A stretch of DNA of 64,000 nt. It comes from a virus. Lineage: Duplodnaviria > Caudoviricetes. Shown here piece by piece: positions 57,295-64,000 of this stretch. The stretch lies in the IMG/VR virus record IMGVR_UViG_2890625426_000001, positions 3,802 through 67,801 of that record; one strand, written 5' to 3'. Position 1 is the first letter of the stretch. Each line of letters opens with the position of its first letter. Both the position numbers and the translations under genes were made by a program. Below the pieces are notes generated by a model that did no database searches, was not told the DNA's origin, and worked only from the letters and a program-made list of their open reading frames with translations.

Positions 57295-58424
57295 CAGGCC
57301 ACCTCCGCCGCTTCGGTGAAGGACAGGCCATAGGCGGCCAGAGTCTCTTCGCACGGCACGATGGTCTTGTCGGCGATGCCCTTGAGCGCGAGCGCCTCGT
57401 CCCGCGTCAGGGCAGCGAGGTCGCTGATCGAGCGAAGGCCAGCCTTGACCAGCGCCGAGCGGGCACGGCCGAGGGCGTCGAGGTCCTCGATCAGGGGAAG
57501 GGGCTGGGAGCCGTCCGGCAGCGGTGGGTACCAGACCGTGCCGCCGAGCTTGGAGCCTGCTTCCTGCTGGTCACGGTAGGTCCGGTAAGCGTTGAGGAAG
57601 CGCTGGTACTCCGCGTCACCCGTCGGGACGACGAAGAGCTTGTACCCGCGGGCGTAGCTCTTGCGCAGGTGCACGACGGCGCAGAAGTCGACAGCAGGCA
57701 TGGCCTCCTTGTTGCCCAGGTGGTCCACCCACACCTCAGTGCAGCGGCGGTAGGCCTCCAGCTGTGCGCGCATGGTGCTGTACAGGTGCTTGCCGCACTT
57801 GAGGTCGAACAGGCCACGGGCGCCGCGTGTGGCCTTCCCGGGCAGCTGGACGTGAGGCAGGGTGCCGACGAGGTCCAGAGTGCCGGCGTAGCCTTCGGCC
57901 GGGTTGGCCACGGTGGCCTCTGCCAGCTCGGGATCAAGGTCGAAGTCGGTGTGGAAGTTGAGCAGCCCGTCGCTGATCTCATCGAGGTCGATCACTTCGC
58001 CGTCGACCTCGGCGTCGACCAGGTGGTGAGGGATGCTTGGGATCGGCAGGTCCAACAGCAAGGCCTCCAGCACATCGTGCTGGTAGGTGCCCATCTCGGA
58101 CGCCAGGTCACGGAGCCGCTTGGCCTCCGCCTTGACGAAGTCCACGAGGTCATCGCGGGTAGCGCCCTCGGCTTTCAGGGTGCCCAGGTAGTCGTGCTGG
58201 TCGATGGCGAACTCAGCCGTCAGGCGGGCGATCCACTCGCGAAGCTGTGCCTTCTCCTCGGTGGCGCCGAGCACCTTGGTAACCGAGTCCAGGACGACCT
58301 CGGGGTCTGCGGGATCGACGTAGACCCGGTTGTCGCCGTTGTCGAAACGGCCTATCACTCCATGTGCAGTTTTCAACTTGCTATCTTTCTTGGTGGTGAC
58401 GTTCAGCGCCCGGTCTTGCCGCAA
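57294..58424 (-). CDS. PD-(D/E)XK exonuclease with C-terminal HhH/alpha-CTD-like domain
   Basis: SVTKVL, GTYQH, YAGTLDL, FDLK, QLEAY; ALVKAGLRSISDL...LKGIADK; start uncertain. Confidence 0.82.
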   Translation of the reverse strand: MRQDRALNVTTKKDSKLKTAHGVIGRFDNGDNRVYVDPADPEVVLDSVTKVLGATEEKAQLREWIARLTAEFAIDQHDYLGTLKAEGATRDDLVDFVKAEAKRLRDLASEMGTYQHDVLEALLLDLPIPSIPHHLVDAEVDGEVIDLDEISDGLLNFHTDFDLDPELAEATVANPAEGYAGTLDLVGTLPHVQLPGKATRGARGLFDLKCGKHLYSTMRAQLEAYRRCTEVWVDHLGNKEAMPAVDFCAVVHLRKSYARGYKLFVVPTGDAEYQRFLNAYRTYRDQQEAGSKLGGTVWYPPLPDGSQPLPLIEDLDALGRARSALVKAGLRSISDLAALTRDEALALKGIADKTIVPCEETLAAYGLSFTEAAEVA

Positions 58425-58443
58425 GCAGGGCCGGGCGTTCTTG

Positions 58444-58689
58444 CTATTCGGGCTTACGGCCCTTGCCGGTAAGCAGCCAGACAGGCGAGACGCCGAGGAT
58501 TTCGGCGAGCGGCACGACGTTGTGGGCTTTCATGCCCCTACCCTCGCTCCACCCCTTCACCTGTTGGCCGGAAGTGTTGAGGCGCACGCCGATGTAGTTC
58601 CACGTCAGCTTCTTGGCTTCCGCCGCTGTTGCAATACGTGCGCCGATTTCTGCAGCTATTTCGTTGGGTACTGCCAGGGTGTTTCCCAT
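58444..58689 (-). CDS. XRE-family HTH regulator (Cro/CI-like)
   Basis: IGARI...LAEILGVSPVWLLTG; first gene of the leftward arm. Confidence 0.85.
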   Translation of the reverse strand: MGNTLAVPNEIAAEIGARIATAAEAKKLTWNYIGVRLNTSGQQVKGWSEGRGMKAHNVVPLAEILGVSPVWLLTGKGRKPE

Positions 58690-58845
58690 GCCTCTATTTC
58701 TAGTCCGCCCGTGCGACACATGCAAGGATTTTCTTTATGGTTTTTCTTCATGTTTTCCCTTGACGTTTCCTGTCGGGCGACTAATGTAAGAGACGTAAAG
58801 GAAACAGCGAGGGCCGCTACTCGTTCCCCCGGAGTAGCGGCCCTC
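58690..58845. promoter_or_regulatory. AT-rich divergent promoter region with a 5' leader hairpin
   Basis: Rightward TTGACG(58760)-16 nt-TAATGT(58782); leftward TTGCAT-17 nt-TAGAAA ahead of the XRE ATG; perfect 14-bp stem 58809-58845. Confidence 0.7.
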
Positions 58846-58874
58846 TAGCCAAAAGCAACTGTAAGGAGTTACTC

Positions 58875-59808
58875 ATGGCTTCATCATCATCTTACGTTCA
58901 ACCGCTCACCAAAGAGCAGGACGATTTTCTCCGCCAGGTGTGGCAGGACGCCCAGCCGTCACGGTGGAAGACCGGCGACGACTTCCCGACGTTCGTCGCC
59001 GACCTTATGGAGGGGTACGACAACCCCGGCATCACCCAGGACCAGCTGGACGAGTTCGTCACCGAGCTGGCCGAGGGGCTGCGCTGCAGTGGCTGCGCCA
59101 CCGACGAAGGCGTCAGCGAGGGCGGCGAGTGTGGCGAGTGCTCGCTGGATGGGGAAGGCTGATGTCCGAGCGGCTGCAGCTGTTCGTCATCGCCCACCCG
59201 GCTACCGAGGTGCGCGAGGTCAACGGAGACACCGAGCGCATCGACTCGATGATGTACCTGTCCAAGGCGGGTCAGAGCATCGAGCGGGGCAGCGCTGCCC
59301 CGCTCGGCCGGGGCTGGGTCGACGGCCTGGACTCGAGCGTCGAAGTCTTCGCGGGCACTTCCGCCCAGGCAGTCGCCGAGGGGTGCCGCTACCTCCTCAG
59401 CCTTTACGGCGGCGGGCGCCTCTTGGACTATCGACAGGCCCAAGCGCTAGACCAGAGGGAGAAGGCAGAACGACAGGCACTCGCTGACGAGTGGCTGCGC
59501 CTCGATGAGACGACCGACCAGTACAACCGCCGCACACGCGGCGAAGGATTCGAACTATGAAGGCAGCCCCCAACCCGGACGATCCCTCAAGACTGGACTT
59601 CCAGCACGAGGACGAGCGCTACTCCCTCTTCGCGCCTACCCAGCTGCGCCCCTGGTGGGTCGCGCAGAAGGGCGATGACAAGCGACCGCACTACGTTGAA
59701 TGGTCGCCCGGGGTCAACGAGCATCAGGCGATGCGCATGATCTTCCCCACACACGTACAACGAGCGTTCAGAGAGGCGCTCCAGCAGGACCAAGGATTGA
59801 CCTTCTAG
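58875..59808 (+). other. Three coupled hypothetical genes (58875-59162 with CxxC..CxxC; 59162-59560; 59557-59808)
   Basis: AAGGAG RBS; TGATG/ATGA overlaps. Confidence 0.7.
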
Positions 59809-61013
59809 TGACCCTTTACATCGGTAACGCAATCGACGACAGCGACTCGATCTTCAAGCTGGCCGTGCGCGACTGGTTCGCCCGTGAGTACAAGGTCACG
59901 TCAGACGACATCTACTCGATCCGGCTGGACGGTGAGTCCTGGAGCGAGATCACGATCGAACTCCGCAATGTCTTCTACTACGTGGCCCTGCGCGACGGGC
60001 GTACCTTCAACGGTGACAAGGAGTTCGGCGAGTTCCTGCGCCTGGTTGCTACGCCCGTGGCCTACCCCGAACCCCCACCAGCACGCCCCGAGCCCGCGGC
60101 CGTCGACAGTCGCGAGCGCATCGAGCAGCTGCACAAGCAGCTTGTCGAAGGGGTGACATCGTTCAGGACGGGCGAGGACTGGGCCAACTACATCCAGGCC
60201 GCCACGCGGATGTGGCGCTACAGCTCGCGGAACCAGGAGCTGCTGTTCGTGCAGCGGCCCGACGCCTCGTTGGTGTTCGGCTATCAGGCCTGGCGCAAGC
60301 ACGGCCGACAGGTACGCAAGGGCGAGAAGGGGATCGCCATCTGGGCGCCGATGACCTACCGGCTTAAGCCCGAGGAGGTCGCCAATACCGAAGACGCCGG
60401 CGCGAAGCAGCTGCGCGGCTTCAAGCTGGTCACCGTCTTCGACGTGAAGCAGACCGACAGTCTCGACGGGCGGCCGATCGCCGACCCCCGGCCGAAGCTG
60501 CTCACCGGCAACGCCCCCGCCGCCCTGCTCAAGGGTCTGACCAAGTACGCGCACGACATGGGCTACCCGGTCACCTACGAGGACATCGGCTGGCCCAGTA
60601 TCAACGGCTTCGCCAGCCCCGAGCCCAAGCGCATCGTCATCCAGGCACAGCGCGAGGCCATGCAGCAACTCAAGACACTGGTGCACGAGATCGCGCATGT
60701 GTCTCTTGGGCACATGGACCGGGTGCAGGAGTACCGGCGTCACCGCGGGCGCATGGAGGTAGAAGCCGAGTCCGTGGCCGCCATCGTGCTCGGCACCTGC
60801 GGCATCAACACCGACCAGTACTCGTGGCCCTACATCTCCTCATGGTCGAAGGGTGACCCGAAGGTCGTGCAGGAGACCGCCGCGGTGGTCATCGAACAGG
60901 CACACAAGTTGCTGTTAGCAGTGCCCGAGCTGGCAGCCGAGATCCGGACCGAACGCAACCAGCGCGACCACGGGCAAGTCGTCGCACGTGACCTGTCTAC
61001 GCCAGGACTTTGA
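59808..61013 (+). CDS. ardC: ArdC-like ssDNA-binding antirestriction protein with HExxH metallopeptidase-like domain
   Basis: YSSRNQELL, GYQAWRKHGRQVRKGEKGIAIWAP, VFDVKQT, LVHEIAH, EVEAESVA, YISSW; GTG start 59808. Confidence 0.85.
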   Translation: MTLYIGNAIDDSDSIFKLAVRDWFAREYKVTSDDIYSIRLDGESWSEITIELRNVFYYVALRDGRTFNGDKEFGEFLRLVATPVAYPEPPPARPEPAAVDSRERIEQLHKQLVEGVTSFRTGEDWANYIQAATRMWRYSSRNQELLFVQRPDASLVFGYQAWRKHGRQVRKGEKGIAIWAPMTYRLKPEEVANTEDAGAKQLRGFKLVTVFDVKQTDSLDGRPIADPRPKLLTGNAPAALLKGLTKYAHDMGYPVTYEDIGWPSINGFASPEPKRIVIQAQREAMQQLKTLVHEIAHVSLGHMDRVQEYRRHRGRMEVEAESVAAIVLGTCGINTDQYSWPYISSWSKGDPKVVQETAAVVIEQAHKLLLAVPELAAEIRTERNQRDHGQVVARDLSTPGL

Positions 61014-63007
61014 AAGGACCAGCAGTGAAGAACTTCTCAGAAGCCAACCAACGCGCCCTGCACTACGAGGACGCGTACAAGCTGCAGCGCGCCATCGACC
61101 TCCGGAAGACGCCGGATGACGAGTCCCCGGACCTGTCACAGGACGCTTTCGAGCGCCTGGAAACACACCTGATGGAGAACATCATGTTCCTGGGCCGCAG
61201 CTCGTACTGGCTGAAATACTACCGCGACATGGAAAAGCACCCGCTTGAGCGCGACGAACACCTCACCGCGTGAAATAGGCCGAATGACCTATGGATGGTG
61301 TCCTGATATGCGCCTAGTTTAAATGGCATGGAAGCCGCCGAAGAAACCCGATACATACCCACCATCGAGGCGTTCGCCTCTGAAATAATTCGCCTCGCAA
61401 ACGCCCTGCACGCTGCGCAGAAGCACCCCGACTACGACTACTCGATGACGTTCGAGGGCAACACCGCCCACACGTCTCGGGAGGGCTGGGAGCTGAACAA
61501 TGCCATCGGCAATGGCGGGCGCGTAACGAACGTGCACTCGAACTATCCAACCGCTCTCTACTGGCGGCGTCTGAAGGCGGAGCAGTGACCGACCTGTTTA
61601 GCACCCAGGAGGTGGCCATCATCCTCCACTGCACCAAAGCAGCCGCGCAGAAGCGGCTGCGGCGGGCAGGCCTGGAGCCGGCCAAGCAGGTGGGCCGCTA
61701 CAACCTCTGGACCCTGGCCCAGATCAACCAACTACGACAAGCACACAAGGAGCAGCAGTGAGCAAAGACCGCAAGATCATCCGCCCCGACCCAATACCGC
61801 ACCACCCATCTCAATATCGAACGACTCCTGCCCAAGTGGCCGAAGCACTCGCCAAGGCCGAGCGGCGCCGCGCGCAGGTCAAGAAGGGCATCGGCCCGGT
61901 ACAGCTGACCGACGCCAAGAGCAAGAGCCTGCGGGCCGCCCGGGAGCGCCGCTTCCGCGACGCAGGCGGGATGGGCTTGGCATGACAAACGACGAAGCAT
62001 TCGATCGATGGCTGCTCATTGACACCGACCCCCGGGTCAAGTCAACCTCTTTGTTCGACTCGCTGGACGCAGCACAGCAGGATGTAGAGAACATCTTTCT
62101 GCCGCCGTACGTCACCAAGGATCAGCAATGGCACCCCGCCATTCTCCGCGCCTCGTACACGATCGACACCGGAGAATGGAGTTTCATAGCGGAACCGCTG
62201 AAGCCTGTACCCGAGTACTGGGTTGAGTTACCCCTCACTCCGTCCGCAAACGCCGTCTATCCGTTGACGGCCGAAACAGTTCTCCGCAAGGACGAACCCG
62301 TTGTGGGCGCCATGTTCGTACGCGAGCCAAATGGGACGCTACGCATCCTCTCGGGCGACGAACGCGCAGAGGCGCTCAGGACATGGGATGCGATGTCATG
62401 AGCGGCCCTTCATCACCAGACCAGGCCCTCATCGACGCGACCGAGATCGTCTACGCACACCGCCGTGCCGGCGAGCTCGCAGCCGAGAAGGGCCGCGGCG
62501 TCACCACCATGAGCGTTCTTGATGACCTGGTCGCGTACTACAGCAAGGTCAAGGCGGATGCCGAGTCCGTGCGCGTGATCGAAGGCGCACGCAGCCTGGA
62601 GAAGCACGCGCGTGAGCTGCGCAGCCGCCCAGGACGCCGTGCAGTCGACCGCGGCATAGGGCGCGAGCTGTGACGCCTGCGGACGTGCTTGAGTAGGAAG
62701 CCCTCTACAAGATGCTTCGGTGGCTACCTGTGACCAGCTCTTCGCCGACTTCCGCCGCCTGGTGGCTGAGGACGCCCAAGCCTGGGAGGACCTTCTGCTC
62801 GCTGGCCGCGAGCACGGCAGGCAAAGCCTGCAGCACGAGGACGCCGACCAAGATCACATGGCAGCCCACGATGCCATGATCGCTTTCGCGGTTGTGCACG
62901 GTGAAGACCTGACGGCACACCTCGGAGCGGTCACCGAAGCGATCAAGGAGCGCCGCGCCGTGGAGGGCGACGACGATCGAGCGCCCTCCTATGGGTGGGG
63001 TGCTTGA
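61010..63007 (+). other. Run of small hypothetical genes including a MerR/Xis-like HTH protein (61585-61761)
   Basis: ORFs 61010-61273, 61328-61588, 61585-61761 (FSTQEVAIILH...VGRYNLWT), 61758-61985, 61982-62401, 62398-62673 and 62720-63007. Confidence 0.65.
61280..61320 (+). promoter_or_regulatory. Bipartite promoter copy
   Basis: CCGAATGACCTA-23 nt-TAGTTT-7 nt-ATG(61328). Confidence 0.75.
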
Positions 63008-63046
63008 GCCCTATCGCTGCGCAGGGTCGGTGTTGATACTGACCCT

Positions 63047-64000
63047 GTGGATGAGGCGACCCGGCTAGCGCTCGAGGCGCAACGCTTCTTGATCGTGTCT
63101 GCTGAAGAGAGGCGCGGGACGCTCCGCGATCACTTGTCCCCTGCGGAGCTGGAAGCTTCCTACGCCGACACCGAGAGCATGCGCATGCAGCTTGAGCAGC
63201 AGCTCAGAGAGCATGGACTCCGCCGCTCAGCGCCCCTGCGCGTCCCCGAGGGAGAGCCCTGGTACGAGCCCGACGATGGCCGCGGTCAAGCACCTCAGAC
63301 GGTGGATGCGCCGTCGCCGGCGCCCGATCGGGGCTCTCCTGGGATGGAAGTCGATGCCCCCTGGTTCGGGGACGCGGCCGATGAGCTTGATGGCTCGCGT
63401 CACGCCAGGGACGATCAGCGTCAAGGACCTCAGGATCCCGAGCATCGCCACGACGAAGGGCCGGACCAAGCCATGGCTGGTAAGACCGAGCGCGTCGACT
63501 CCACTCGCGCCGCCTACGAGCGCGCCCGCTACAGCGCCTACGAGGCCAAGCAGAGCGACGACCCCGACAGGATGCGCGCAGCTTGGGGGGAGCTGGCTCA
63601 GGCCGACCAGGCTTACCGGCAGGCCTGCATCGACCGCGTGGGCCCCGAAGACGCCGAAACCTTCCGGTCCATGGACCTCCAGCGCAGCCAGCAGGAGAGC
63701 AAGCGAGAGGTGGAGCGCCTCTACGGCAAGCTGCACGAGAACGATCAAGAGCTGTACGCCGAGGACGTGGAGCGCCTCGGCCACGCCCAGGACGAGCTGG
63801 CGATCAAGCAAGCCCCGCAGATGGATCTGGACGACCCCTATGTCTTCCGCATGACCCACTACGACGACGCCCCCAAGCCCGAGCCGACTCGCGCCGAGCG
63901 CTTGCGGGCGGCGATGGCGCGAGGCAAGGAGCGGCAAGCGCAGGAGCGGACGCATGAGCGGACCCAGGAGCGGGAGCGCGACATGGGCTACGACAGGTAG
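63047..64000 (+). CDS. Charged coiled-coil protein with plasmid Mob-like C-terminal tail
   Basis: 317-aa ORF ending ERTQERERDMGYDR. Confidence 0.7.
   Translation: MDEATRLALEAQRFLIVSAEERRGTLRDHLSPAELEASYADTESMRMQLEQQLREHGLRRSAPLRVPEGEPWYEPDDGRGQAPQTVDAPSPAPDRGSPGMEVDAPWFGDAADELDGSRHARDDQRQGPQDPEHRHDEGPDQAMAGKTERVDSTRAAYERARYSAYEAKQSDDPDRMRAAWGELAQADQAYRQACIDRVGPEDAETFRSMDLQRSQQESKREVERLYGKLHENDQELYAEDVERLGHAQDELAIKQAPQMDLDDPYVFRMTHYDDAPKPEPTRAERLRAAMARGKERQAQERTHERTQERERDMGYDR

Noticed and set aside
57294-58424. Cas4/CRISPR-associated nuclease
   Set aside because: No Fe-S cysteine cluster, no cas genes or array; the context is a phage recombination module.
43198-61320. CRISPR array or att sites from the CCGAATGACCTA repeats
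   Set aside because: Copies are dispersed, on both strands and at a fixed distance from -10-like boxes; there is no spacer structure and no integrase in the window.

Overview
High-GC actinobacterial (pro)phage-like element. No integrase, att site, holin/endolysin or host gene lies in the window, so the element continues on both sides. The minus strand from about 58.7 kb to the left edge reads as a myovirus genome. It starts with an XRE regulator, PD-(D/E)XK exonuclease, gp3-like RDF protein, replication initiator with internal iterons and a beta-clamp-like protein. It continues with Lsr2, RNA ligase, TerS, a BldC-like regulator, TerL and a portal-MuF fusion. A cluster of beta-helix/GH16/lectin fibre genes then sits inside the head module, followed by protease/scaffold, capsid, connectors, sheath, tube, a -1 frameshifted chaperone, tape measure and baseplate. 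The last gene is a giant protein of more than 1679 aa that the ORF track misses because it runs off the window; by hand translation it is CBM-like + GH8 + GH16-like (split by an inserted GH6 cellulase domain) + GH8. The element also has a divergent cassette of a HasA/NodC-like GT2 glycan synthase, a small membrane peptide and a second GH6 glucanase. Together these suggest a phage system that both makes and cuts beta-glycans. Other signals: a recurring bipartite promoter (CCGAATGACCTA-N22/23-TAG), counter-oriented defence-like morons (frameshifted HEPN, DUF2971, HNH), and a plus-strand plasmid-like block (ArdC) whose proteins share conjugative-type C-terminal tails. All family calls come from motif recognition by eye, not database searches.
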